NCBI RefSeq assembly: GCF_001194135.2
Contig: NC_068984.1
Span: 125,237,920 to 125,301,919, forward strand
Direction of reading: 5' to 3'
From: Octopus bimaculoides
Lineage: Eukaryota
DNA: 64,000 nucleotides
Position 1 is the stretch's first letter. Each line of letters opens with the position of its first letter. Shown piece by piece: positions 1-11,269 of this stretch. Made by a program: the position numbers and the translations under genes. The notes beneath the pieces were generated by a model, which saw nothing but the letters and a program-made list of their open reading frames with translations, had not been told where the DNA came from and made no database searches.

Positions 1-68
1 AACTGTTGTACGAAATTTTTTTTCGGCGCTCTAACGATCTTGTTTGCCCAACCACCCGTGGTATTCCT

Positions 69-205
69 TAGTAACAGAGGCACAAGTCCTTAAATTTAGG
101 GGAGGGCTTAATGGATTAAACTGATCTCAGTACCTGTTTGATATTTTATTCTATCGACCTTGGAAGATTGAAAGGCAAAATTGACTTTGATGGGATTCAA
201 ACTCG
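69..205 (-). mobile_element. Degenerate SINE family A copy
   Basis: Plus strand tatcgaccttggaagattgaaaggcaaaattgactttgatgggattcaaactc is a diverged reverse complement of the family A body gagttcaaattccgccgaggtcgactttgcctttcatcctttcggggtcgata. Confidence 0.6.
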
Positions 206-1094
206 GAGCATATAATGGTCAAAATCTAGAACAAATTAGAAGACCAATCGATCACATAGCAACCCTTTGTTACAATCAAGGAGAAAGAAGTATAGATTTG
301 CTTGATCAAGGTATAATTGCCAACAATAACAACAATAAAGGGAGATGTTCAATATGTTAGTGACACGACTATCGCGTCTTCCTCCATATCCATTGATCTT
401 TATAAATTGTGGTCTCCAAGATCTTTACTTTGTTTATTCCATTGTGGTTTTTCACGTCAACAAAGAAATAGCGCTGTGACAAATAGGACACAACATTTGA
501 CGTTCCCGCTGCGGTCATATTATTGGTTGCTATGTAAAAATATGGGTGGATCTCAACAGGGATAAAATCATCTATCGATTATTGCTTTTTTGTGAATAAA
601 GGTAGGAAGCAGAGCCTGTTAATAAGTGAGTGAAGGTTAGTAACTGAGAATGGCTGGTGTATGGTTGGGATGATCCTGTTTAAATATCAACTCCCTACCG
701 CAAAAATAAAAAGTAAAATAAAAAGAAGCGTACTTCAGTAAAATAAATCTGGTTGCACGAAAATATTATTGTTGGGACGGGTATCAGGATTAAAAGATCA
801 AAACATTAAAAAAAAAAAAGAGATACATAACTTGGTAGGAGACAAGCTGTGCATTCTGAACCACAGGAGGTTAATGTCAGCGTGTAGACATAAATATACA
901 CTGCAACAAAACAATATACATATATAAAAATAAACGATATTAGTTAAATACTAATATAATTTCAGTTTCCTGGCAGGAATGAGAAACAACTCTAAACACG
1001 TTTTAGCGTTATTCTGATCTCACCCGTAAAGCATAGCCTTCTAGTAGCAGCCGAAGTAGTGATAAAAATAATAAGTAAACGCAATGGTTGCGTT

Positions 1095-1235
1095 AAGAAT
1101 GTTTCTCTGCAACTACATAGTTTCGAGTTCGATCCCACTGATAGGATCCTTGGGCAAGGACCTTCAACTCATAATATCGAATGGAGCAATTCCTTGAGAG
1201 TGCAATTCGGTAGACGGAAAACAGTACAGAAGATC
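1095..1235 (+). mobile_element. Degenerate SINE family B 5' module
   Basis: gagttcgatcccactg..ccttgggcaag..ttcggtagacggaaa matches family B landmarks. Confidence 0.5.
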
Positions 1236-1954
1236 ATTGTAGGTTGTGTGTGAGTGTGTTGTGTTGTGTTGTGTGTGTACGTTTATTTTCAGTAAAGTAA
1301 CATTTTGGTGAATATGGAGCATATAGAACTGTGGTCTTTATGACAAATACTTGACTCACGCAAGCACTGACGTCGATACGATTAACTAAAGTAGTCTTTT
1401 TCAAATCTGTTGAGATCACGCATTGGTTATAAATGAACGTTAACTTCGTAGAAGCGGTGTTATTTGCTTGCAATCTTCCATGTATGGCCTTCGTGCAGTT
1501 CTTGTTCGAAAGACTATGAGAAATATTTCCTCGGTTGGAAACAGGTGAGGATTAGAGACAGGAAGAACCGAAAATCTAGCTCAACAAATTTCGTCTGGTT
1601 TGTGCAAGCATGGAAAATTGGACACAAACGATAATGATGGTGATGACAAAGACAACGATGATGACTTACATGATGCACACACAAATATATATATATAGCG
1701 AGGTGTATCTAATCTTATCTTTTTCCCAAGTTTATTTTTCTATATCTTATATGAGTCCCTTGCAGTATGTTTTCAACAGTAAAGTTTCTAAAGCTCTTAT
1801 GAACATTTCTAGATCTTCATAGAGTCATCGTGAGAATATTATAATTTTGGTATGTGCTATTCCAACTTATAAGTTAGTAGGAATGTAGTGATTAGTATAA
1901 ATTTAACCGTCAGAATTTGTATTTTAATCGTTGGAAAATTTCAATGTTACCAAT

Positions 1955-2620
1955 AGGCGCAAGAGTGGCTGTGTGGTAAGAAGTTTGCATCTTAACCATG
2001 TAGTTCTGGGTTCCGTCCCACTACATGGCCCCTTGGGCAAATGTCTTTTACTATAGCCTCGGGCCGATTAAAGCCTAGTGAGTGGATTTGGTAGACGGAA
2101 ACTGAAAGCGAGTTGGCAGCGAGTTGGCGGCGAGTTGGCGGCGAGTTGGCAGAAACGTTAGCATGCCGGGCGAAATGCTTAGCGGTATTTTGTCTGCCAT
2201 TACGTTCTGAGTTCAAATTCCGTCGAGGGCGACTTTGCCTTTCATCCTTTCGGGGTCGATAAACTAAGTACCAGTTACGCACTGGGGTGTATGTAATCGA
2301 CTTAATCCCTTTGTCTGTCCTTGTTTGACCCTTCTACGTTTAGCCCCTTGTGGGCAATAAAGAAATAAGAAATAAGGAAACTGAAAGAAGCCCGTCTTAT
2401 ATATATGCATATCTATCTATCACCACTTGACAAACGGTGTTGGTGTGTTTACGTCCTCGTAACTTAGCGTTTTGGCAAAAGAGACCGACAGAATAAGTAT
2501 CAGGCTTAAAAAATAAATACTGGGGTGGTTTCATTCGACTAAAAATTCAAGGTGGTACTCCAGTATGACCGCAATCTAATGACTGAAACAGGTAAAAGAT
2601 AAAAGATAAAAGATAAAAGA
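1955..2620 (+). mobile_element. SINE family B, full length, interrupted by a family A copy
   Basis: tRNA-like head ggcgcaagagtggctgtgtggtaag, B-box-like gggttccgtccc, core ccttgggcaaatgtcttttactatagcctcgggccga, 3' module ending gactgaaacaggtaaaag(ataaaag)n. Confidence 0.9.
2109..2375 (+). mobile_element. SINE family A, full length, nested in family B with a 12-bp TSD
   Basis: TSD ggaaactgaaag at 2097-2108 and 2376-2387; head gcgagttggcagaaacgttagc, B-box gttctgagttcaaattcc, body gactttgcctttcatcctttcggggtcgata, tail (aagaaat)n. Confidence 0.92.
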
Positions 2621-3116
2621 ATCACGTGATTACATTTATTAGTATGTCGTTCCTGCGTTTGTCGTCGCTGCTTTTATTTGTGTCGTGTATGTCGTCCTCG
2701 CGTTTATTTTTGTATTGTGCTATCTGATAAGCATTACTTTCATTAGCAATCATCTTGTTTTGTGGGAAATTACACAAAGTATTAACGCGCCGTCTGCAAA
2801 TGATTTCCTATTTAATTTTTGGTTCTGTGGTTTGTTTGACATGTAGTGCAATGCGATCGTTCTTTGTTGTATCTGTACGTAGAGGCAGCGAGTGAGTGTC
2901 ATACTTATATTTGTCATTAACAGCTTCTTCGCTGATTTATGGTTGGATCGATTTAATAGATTATAAATTTCGCTAATAAATATATCGTATTCAGTCGTAA
3001 ATAAATGTATAAGCTGTGTGAGAAATTTGGGCAAGTGTCTTCTACTATAACCCCGGGCTACCAATGCTGTGTGGCTAGATCTCGTAGGGGGAAACTGTGC
3101 GGAAGCACGTCTTGTG

Positions 3117-3120
<4 letters not shown>

Positions 3121-3204
<84 letters not shown>
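3121..3204. repeat. (GT)n microsatellite inside a decayed family B SINE
   Basis: Pure TG run; flanks gggcaagtgtcttctactata (about 3028) and ttgacaactggtgctgg (about 3234) are family B modules. Confidence 0.95.
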
Positions 3205-3208
<4 letters not shown>

Positions 3209-3679
3209 TTCATTTGTTCTCTACTCCTAGCTTTTGACAACTGGTGCTGGTTTGTTAACGCCTCCAGTAACTTACCAGTTCGACAAGATATTCTAAAAGC
3301 AATAGAATAAGTACGAAACATCAAAAATAAATTCTAAGGTCGATTTGTTCCACTAAGTGATGTGTATATGACTGAAAACATCTCCATTTTTTTAGGCTTG
3401 GCGATTAATCGAAAATTGATCCATGACAAGACAACATTCAAAACACGCAACAGCTTTCAATGACACTAATATGATATAAGGTGTGTATCGTTGGGGTAAA
3501 CAGTATATCACTCGATAATATTTATGTAGAACTTCTCCTTTCGTATAAACGGAAGCACATTTACTTGGTAAGGAGAAGAATATGGTGTTTCATATATGCA
3601 CGTTCTTCTTTTTTTCCTTCACATTTGTATCTCAAGAACAGTGGAATGGTAGAAATAATAGATTGCCAGACAAAATGAT

Positions 3680-3920
3680 TAGTAGAATTTTCTCCCGCCT
3701 GTCTTTATTCAGCCCTTGGTTAGCCCTTTCATAAAAATTACAATTACATTGTAGATGAGGCTGCTATTTCTAACAGATCGTCTTCATTGACTAACATTTT
3801 AATTGTTTAAACTTAGGTTGGCCCTTCCATGAGACTTATCATTAGACTATGTAATGAGTACTTCCTTCTAAATTAGTAGGGTGCAGTCCGAGGAAACTTT
3901 GCTATTATTTCTAGAACATT
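3680..3920 (-). mobile_element. Old dispersed repeat; related copies at about 29525-29555 (-), 38575-38640 (+) and 62525-62670 (+)
   Basis: Shared degenerate motif ctcgacctgctagaaataatagtcaaactctctcaaatca seen in all four places. Class not determined. Confidence 0.45.
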
Positions 3921-4380
3921 GTCCGCATATTTGTATGCAAAAGAGGATGCACGTGACGTGAGTCAAAGATGAGATTTTACGATATTCGTATTTAGTATTC
4001 GGCTTGCTGTTGTTTATATTGATATGTTTGATTTCCAGATTAGCCACGTTGGTTTAAGAAGTCCTGAAGGATGCAAAGATACAGCACCATCCTATTCCTG
4101 CTAAACACTGAATTTCTAAGGAGCCAAACCTAGACAAATTAATTAGACCTTAGCAATGTTATGCAATTCAACTGTCCTACTTAACTGTAGTTCTATCAGA
4201 ATCATTCTCTATACTCGAAAGCAGGCATGTATGAATGTGTATGCAATTATGAATAGTGATATGGTATTGGCTGTCCAATAAATGGACAGTACTTAGATAA
4301 AAGAGTAGAGAGACACGCACATGTATGCATACAAATGAGGAGTCTAATATATATTTAAGACACACACGCACACACACAAC

Positions 4381-4566
4381 CACATCGTTCTGGGTTCAGT
4401 CCCACTGCGTAGCACCTTGGGCAAGTGTCTTCTACTATAGCCTCGGGCCGACCAAAGCCTTGTGAGTGGATTTGGTAGACGGAAACTGAAAGAAACCCGT
4501 CGTATATATGTATATGTATATGTATGTGTGTGTATATGTTTGTGTGTCTGTGTTTGTCCCCCCCCC
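4381..4566 (+). mobile_element. SINE family B 5' module running into an assembly gap
   Basis: gggttcagtcccactgcgtagcaccttgggcaagtgtcttctactatagcctcgggccgaccaaagccttgtgagtggatttggtagacggaaactgaaag followed by an internal TA/TG tract. Confidence 0.92.
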
Positions 4567-5403
4567 NNNNNNNNNNNNNNNNNNNNNNNNNNNNNNNNNN
4601 NNNNNNNNNNNNNNNNNNNNNNNNNNNNNNNNNNNNNNNNNNNNNNNNNNNNNNNNNNNNNNNNNNNNNNNNNNNNNNNNNNNNNNNNNNNNNNNNNNNN
4701 NNNNNNNNNNNNNNNNNNNNNNNNNNNNNNNNNNNNNNNNNNNNNNNNNNNNNNNNNNNNNNNNNNNNNNNNNNNNNNNNNNNNNNNNNNNNNNNNNNNN
4801 NNNNNNNNNNNNNNNNNNNNNNNNNNNNNNNNNNNNNNNNNNNNNNNNNNNNNNNNNNNNNNNNNNNNNNNNNNNNNNNNNNNNNNNNNNNNNNNNNNNN
4901 NNNNNNNNNNNNNNNNNNNNNNNNNNNNNNNNNNNNNNNNNNNNNNNNNNNNNNNNNNNNNNNNNNNNNNNNNNNNNNNNNNNNNNNNNNNNNNNNNNNN
5001 NNNNNNNNNNNNNNNNNNNNNNNNNNNNNNNNNNNNNNNNNNNNNNNNNNNNNNNNNNNNNNNNNNNNNNNNNNNNNNNNNNNNNNNNNNNNNNNNNNNN
5101 NNNNNNNNNNNNNNNNNNNNNNNNNNNNNNNNNNNNNNNNNNNNNNNNNNNNNNNNNNNNNNNNNNNNNNNNNNNNNNNNNNNNNNNNNNNNNNNNNNNN
5201 NNNNNNNNNNNNNNNNNNNNNNNNNNNNNNNNNNNNNNNNNNNNNNNNNNNNNNNNNNNNNNNNNNNNNNNNNNNNNNNNNNNNNNNNNNNNNNNNNNNN
5301 NNNNNNNNNNNNNNNNNNNNNNNNNNNNNNNNNNNNNNNNNNNNNNNNNNNNNNNNNNNNNNNNNNNNNNNNNNNNNNNNNNNNNNNNNNNNNNNNNNNN
5401 NNN
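4567..5403. other. Assembly gap (largest N-run); other large gaps at 16618-16998, 18901-19253, 31482-31845, 43349-43919, 46699-47327 and 48445-48740
   Basis: N characters, almost always bordered by microsatellite. Confidence 1.
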
Positions 5404-5456
<53 letters not shown>

Positions 5457-5475
5457 CTCCACCTCTCTCTCTCTC
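5404..5475. repeat. (CT)n/(CTAT)n microsatellite
   Basis: Direct inspection. Confidence 0.95.
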
Positions 5476-5754
5476 CCTCGTTCTCTCTCACTCCACCTCT
5501 TCTTCCTCTGCTTCTTACTCCCTTCATACATTTGTTCAGAATTGCCATAACACGCTAGTTTATATTTTGCTTCCTTCACACATAGATCTCCAACACCAGA
5601 TAAGCAAATCTTTATATTTCTTTTTACTCGTGGCGCTAGTAATGTTGGAATACAGGGGTTGCTTAGTGGGTTACACACAGTAAGGTGTAGGAGTTATAGT
5701 GTAAGGGCTGTTTGTTTACGCTTCATTTATTTTTCTTTCTAATTTTTGTTTGAT

Positions 5755-5759
5755 TTCTT

Positions 5760-5820
<61 letters not shown>
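5755..5820. repeat. Compound (TTC)n(TTA)n microsatellite
   Basis: Direct inspection. Confidence 0.95.
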
Positions 5821-5830
5821 NNNNNNNNNN

Positions 5831-5953
5831 GAGGTCGACTTTGCCTTTCATCCTTTCGGGGTCGATAAATTAAGTACCAGTGAAACACTGGGGTTGATGT
5901 AATCGGCTAGTCCTCTCCCACAAAATCACTGTCCTTGTGGCAAAATTTGAAAC

Positions 5954-5954
<1 letters not shown>
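5831..5954 (+). mobile_element. SINE family A, 3' part
   Basis: gaggtcgactttgcctttcatcctttcggggtcgataaattaagtaccag, ending aaaatttgaaacc followed by (att)n. Confidence 0.9.
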
Positions 5955-5992
<38 letters not shown>

Positions 5993-5994
<2 letters not shown>

Positions 5995-7018
5995 CTTCGT
6001 AACACAGAGTAGGTAAAAATGCACCGGAGTCTTTAGTCATCTGTCAAGTCACACCAAGGAACTCAGACAGATAATACTTTCCTTAAGATGTGTGCTGTGC
6101 CCAATAAGGCGGCCTTTTGCAAGACATCAATCTTGCATGGGATTTCCAATTGCCTTAAGAAGTCTTGAAGTTTCAATGGGATTGAGCCCAACGCTCCGAT
6201 CACCACTGGTATCACTTTTACATTACCCTCTCGCATTCCAAACATTCTTGCCATTTCCACTTTCAATTCGAAGTACTTGGTGATTTCTTTCGATCTCCTT
6301 ACTCACAACATTCATGTCATTTGGTATGGCGACAGCAATGATCTGACAGTATTTGTCTTTTTTATTCAATATGACAATATCAGGCTGACGATGTTTGACT
6401 ACACGATGCGTCTGAAAATCATAGTCCCAGAGTATCGTCACTTTTCCATCCTCCTGCATAACTTGGTACATGCTCATACCAGTTTCCTATTACTTCATAT
6501 TGGTATTTACGGCATAGGAGCCAATGAAGATACACACACATACACTTCATCGTGGCGGCACTTGTATTCTCTCACATCCACTTACCAAGAGGGCCACATT
6601 TTCCACACACTTTCCACAGAGTCTGCATTTCTGGGTGTCAGAAGTTTTATAGATGTTATACTTCACTGAATTGGTAGCGAGAGCCTGGTCTTGTGCAGCA
6701 ATGATCAAGCTTCCGATAGTACGCTTCAAATCACCTCCCTTAAGCCATACCTACGATGTTGTATCATTCTTAACGTCTTGTATATTCCTTTCAAACTATC
6801 CATGCATTCTCATTTCAAGGTCTTCTTTTCTCTTCTCCTCAGTTCTTTGGTCAAATTCTTCCTTGTTCGTTATTTCATCTGCATTTATACCCATATCTTT
6901 CGCGGCATATTGCTGTAGGTCTTCATCACTATTTATCAAATACTCGGCAAGCGTTCTCCTTTCACTCCTTTTATAATGGTCTATACAAATTAGTCCTCTG
7001 ACACCATTCTTTCTTTTC
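5993..7018 (-). mobile_element. 5'-truncated, frameshifted RLE-type non-LTR retrotransposon (R4/Dong-like): end of RT region, CCHC knuckle and restriction-like endonuclease
   Basis: Stitched minus-strand ORFs give RKNGVRGLICID..RMHG..LKRTIGSLIIAAQDQALATN..KCRLCGKCVENVALLVSGC..RHD..LHWLLC..ILWDYDFQTHRVVKHRQPDIVILNKKDKYCQIIAVAIP..VIPVVIGALG..LQKAALLGTAHILRKVLSV*, the typical C-terminus of the R4 clade. A short 3' UTR follows, then (TAA)n at 5955-5992. Confidence 0.9.
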
Positions 7019-7157
7019 TCGACTTTGCCTTTCATCCTTTCGGGGTCGATTAAATAAGTACCAGTTACGCACTAGGATCAATGTAATCGACTTAATCCGT
7101 TTGTCTGTCCTTGTTTGTCCCCTCTATGTTTAGCCCCTTGTGGGCAATAAAGAAATT
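7019..7157 (+). mobile_element. SINE family A, 3' part, abutting the 5' truncation of the R4-like element
   Basis: gactttgcctttcatcctttcggggtcgattaaataagtaccagttacgc..agccccttgtgggcaataaagaaat, then (att)n. Confidence 0.92.
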
Positions 7158-7158
7158 A

Positions 7159-7204
<46 letters not shown>

Positions 7205-7206
<2 letters not shown>

Positions 7207-7402
7207 GTGTGTATGGATGTGTATTTGTGTGTCTGTGTTCGTCCCAACCCCACCATCGCTTGACAACCGATGTGGTTGTGTTTACGTCCCCGTAACAGCG
7301 GTTCTGCAAAAGAAATCGATAGAATACGTACTAGGCTTCCAAAGTATAAGTCCTGTGGTGCTCCAGCATGGCCGCAGTCAAATGACTGAAACAAGTAAAA
7401 GA
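7205..7402 (+). mobile_element. SINE family B, 3' module
   Basis: gtgtctgtgttcgtccc..cttgacaaccga..gtgctccagcatggccgcagtcaaatgactgaaacaagtaaaag. Confidence 0.9.
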
Positions 7403-7569
7403 ATTTTTTTAAATGTATATGTATATTATAGATATTTGTATAAGTGTGTTTGGGTGTGGATATATGTGTATATGCAAAACATATACATAACAGAACTTGC
7501 GGATGCCGACTATATTTATCTTAACAGACATATGTGCAATCAAACGTATGCAATCAAACATACACCCTA

Positions 7570-7606
<37 letters not shown>

Positions 7607-8617
7607 TCACACACACATACGCAAATTCACATATACGTAGATACTTAGAAAGCTGTGTTGCTGGAATGATTTATATTGTGATGTGAGCGAAGATGGAACC
7701 CGATACTTTCGTAACACAGTGGGGGCGGAGATTAACGATATATAACTCACTCTCGCTCACTTTCTCTCTCTCTCTCTTTCTCTTTCTCTCCTTCTCTCTC
7801 CATTTCTCTCTCCGTCTATCTATCGCCCCTCCTTCCCACTCTCCTCTTTCTCCTCCCCGCCGCCATAATCTCACCATACATTTCTGCTACTCTATCTACT
7901 CCCTCCCTATATAACTGACTGTCGCACTTCGGTTTTTTTTTCTTCTTTCACCAAGTCCGGTTACATTTCTATATTCTCCCCGCTCTGTCAGTCTCCTCCA
8001 GCTATAAAACTTTACTCAAATATGTAACATAGACTAGGGTCTTTGTTAAAAGTCGTGAAACGGTTCTTGTTTGTATATTTCGCCCAACTGAGTTAGGCCC
8101 AGATATATTACTTTAATGGAGACCACGAAGGGTGGTGGAATATATGCACAAGTCCGAATGAATAAGAAGTCACACTGCCAGCCGAATGGAAGATGGTTCG
8201 TACCTCTGTGACCAACGTCGATTAATATTAACCCTGAAATATATAATCCGCTTATAAAAGCTAAAATAACATAGGATCAATGAGTCCACGGAGCACTATT
8301 GCCCGCCCGTATCCGTAGCGTAAACCACATGAGAGATAAATGATACCTTCAATAAGACCCTTGCCTGTATTGCATGTGACTTCTAGAACTGAGATAAAGT
8401 TAATTTATTTCAAGATGGTAGAACTAGTCTGTCTCAAAGGATAAAAGTGGTACAGTTATGATTAAGCGAACTTGACAATGAATATGATGGTCGAAACAAC
8501 GATCGTTGTGTCAAGTTTTAAAAATAAATGTGTGTGAGTACGTACACACAATGATTTAGAAACTGCTAAAGAACGTGAAATAATTATATTTTTAGGACAG
8601 TAAAGATAAACTATAAT

Positions 8618-8831
8618 AATCCTTTCTACTAAAGGAACATCGCCTAAAGTTTCATGGGAGGGAACTTGTCGGCTATATCGATCCCAGTGTTTCACTGAAG
8701 TTTAATTTATCGACCCCGAAAAGATGAAAGGCAAAGTCGACCTCGGCAGAATTTGAACTTGGAACGTAAAGACAGACGAAGTGATGCGAAGCATGTTGCC
8801 TGGAGTGCTAACAATTCCGCCAGCTCACCGT
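8618..8831 (-). mobile_element. SINE family A, near full length
   Basis: Plus strand tttatcgaccccgaaaagatgaaaggcaaagtcgacctcggcagaatttgaact..ccgccagctcacc is the reverse complement of family A. Confidence 0.9.
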
Positions 8832-9075
8832 TTTAAACAAGACCAAAATAATAGCGTGTAAATATTGGATAAAAAATCCTTTTGAATGAAAACAAAAACA
8901 AAGGCTGCCTGTTTACGTCTTCTGTAAACGTAACAGACGTTCTACCATTAAACCAATGCGATCTTTCGCATTTCTTTATGAATTCTGGAAAGTTTATTCT
9001 TACGAGCAAGAATTGTATGTTGTTGACGTCATAAGAATTTAGCATATATGTGTGCGTGCATGCGTATCCATACCC

Positions 9076-9076
<1 letters not shown>

Positions 9077-9143
<67 letters not shown>
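9077..9143. repeat. (TATC)n microsatellite
   Basis: Direct inspection. Confidence 0.95.
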
Positions 9144-9160
9144 ATAAAATAATAAATAAA

Positions 9161-9401
9161 TGCGCCCTTTTAAAGCCTAGCCAGGCTCATGGGCCCGGCT
9201 TCCCGGTTTAAATGGCATATGTGTTCCCCAGCTGGACAGGACGCCAGTCCATCGCAGCGTTACTCATTTTTGCCAGCTGAGTGGACTTGAGAAAGGTGAA
9301 ATGAAGTGTTTTGCTCAAGAACGCATTGCCCCGTCCAGGAATCAAAACCACAAACTTACGATCATGATGCTGAAACCCTAACTACTAAGCCACGCGACTC
9401 C
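9161..9401 (-). mobile_element. SINE family E, full length
   Basis: Reverse complement: tRNA-like head ggagtcgcgtggcttagtagttaggg, central ccactcagctggcaaaaatgagt, then gcgatggactggcgtcctgtccag, end catgagcctggctaggctttaaaagggcgca(ttta)n. The same 3' end recurs at 16999-17040 (+). Confidence 0.88.
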
Positions 9402-10309
9402 ATCTATCTATCTATCTATACATACATACATACATACATACATATATGCATGCATACGAGCGCATATTGGCACAAGCAAATGCACACTTGCACAATCGTA
9501 CTCACACGCGCTTCTCCCCACCACATTCGTACATATATAATGCAGCTGGGTTTCTGATGTAAATATTAATATCTATCATCATCGATGTTGTCAGCAAAGG
9601 CAGAATGAGGCCTCACCCAAATCAATATATTGACCCTAATCGATCACATGTCAATCGTCAAGTATACGATTCGTTACTGTGATAACAGAGATATCGACTA
9701 CGAATATTTGAAAATTAAAAGGCGTTTCGTACTTTTTCGTGATTGCCCTTTTTTTTTTTTTCTCGTGGGATTGCTTACTTGATCTAGAGAAATGGGTAGT
9801 ACATATGAACTACACAGGTCTCTCCCGCCCTATGCCTAGTAAACTGATGTCATTAATGTTCCCCTTAAATTGCTGCACGCCCACACTTGCAGTGAAGATA
9901 TGAGGTCGAGAGTGTTCCAGAGGAATGAATTTTTGGGGTAAGACTGGATATAGTGTTTATCGTTTCATGAATGAGAAAAGAAGAGACAAGTAAGACTGAA
10001 AGATGCATGAGAGCAACTATCTCTAAGGAGCAGAGGCCAATATAGTAGAAATAAAAAATTGAATAGAGTGACAAGAGCACGCCCGTGATCCAGTATAAAA
10101 GATCGTGTCCGTGAGTGCGTTGAAACGAATTAGTCAAGTTACCTTTAGATGGCAAATTTGTGGTTTTAATTCCGGTTATGATATTTATGATAACCCAAGA
10201 CCTACATATCTCCTTCTCTTTCTTAATCCCCAATAAAGTTTGTAAGACCAAATAGAAATTGTTCAGCTTTGAAATACTAAGCTACCTAAATCTTAACAAA
10301 GGTTTACGT

Positions 10310-10545
10310 CAGTAGTTCTCGAGCCATTTTTTATCAGTGGATCCTTTGTTTCGTATTTTAGTTGGGTGGATCCCTATAGCCATTCGATATTTAAAAAAAA
10401 TTCTCTTATATTTTTATAATGAAATATTATAAGCAATTATAAAAATATTTTGTGTATTGTAGATGTATAATCAATTTATTGTTCATAAATAAATTTTTAT
10501 AAGATCTTATAAGGGGGTCATATGAACCCCTGTTGAGAGCCACTG
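10310..10545. mobile_element. hAT-superfamily MITE
   Basis: TIRs cagtagttctcga / ttgagagccactg (CAGTGGTTCTCAA type); 8-bp TSD gtttacgt (10302-10309) vs gttcacgt (10546-10553); AT-rich non-coding interior. Confidence 0.82.
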
Positions 10546-10734
10546 GTTCACGTGATAAGCAAGACTGAAACGGAAGCATATCATGGAAATGAGATGGAAC
10601 TGGTGGTTAAAACGGGGTCTAGTGTTTCAACTAATTAGGTTTCCATTCGTCATGGATCCATCGTTTCATCTTCATTATCCCGCGTTGGATAGTTTGATGA
10701 TGATTAAGCAGCGTCATTTCAAATGGTGACAAAT

Positions 10735-10782
<48 letters not shown>

Positions 10783-11269
10783 GTAGTGGTCGTACGACGG
10801 GATGATCACGGTTGGAACAATTTTGAAAATATGTGCTCTGGAGCTGAACAGCAATAACTACTAAAACAACAACAGCAGCACTAGCAACAACAAAAGCGAC
10901 TGGAACTGGTAAGCTAGAGAGAGAGGAGGGGAAAGGCAAAGCGAGAGGGAGAGCGGCACAGAGAGAGGGAGAGGCACAAATTGAGGGAGAGAGATAGAGA
11001 GAGTTCTGGGTGAATTTGTCTACAAGAGTTTGTGTGTGTGTGAGGTTATACGTGTATGTGTAGTTGTATGTATGTGTTTGTGTGTTTATATGTATGTGCC
11101 TGTGGTTGTATATGTATGTGTGCTTGTATCTGAGTGTGTGTGTGTATGTGTGTGTGTGTATGTGTGTGTGTGGTTGTAGATGAATTGTGTCCGAAGATAA
11201 ATTGCTGTGTATGAGTTGTTGTAGATGAATTGTTGTGGACGAATTTTAGACAGATTCGCAAGATACCAG

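Noticed and set aside
317-565. 82-aa ORF in unique sequence
   Set aside because: Starts at TTG, has no recognisable domain and no convincing splice-site pair in an open frame.
4462-5683. Long ORFs of 230-390 aa here and at 43092-44098 and 46406-47379, plus shorter gap-spanning ORFs elsewhere
   Set aside because: They consist of X from N-gaps plus dinucleotide-repeat translations; not coding evidence.
6277-6976. Plus-strand ORFs of 75-130 aa
   Set aside because: Antisense shadows of the decayed R4-like element on the minus strand.
9865-10251. 128-aa minus-strand ORF with a hydrophobic stretch; TATAAAA at 10094 on the plus strand
   Set aside because: No ATG start or recognisable homology, and the spacing from TATA to the candidate initiator is about 38 nt. 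Expected by chance in 64 kb.
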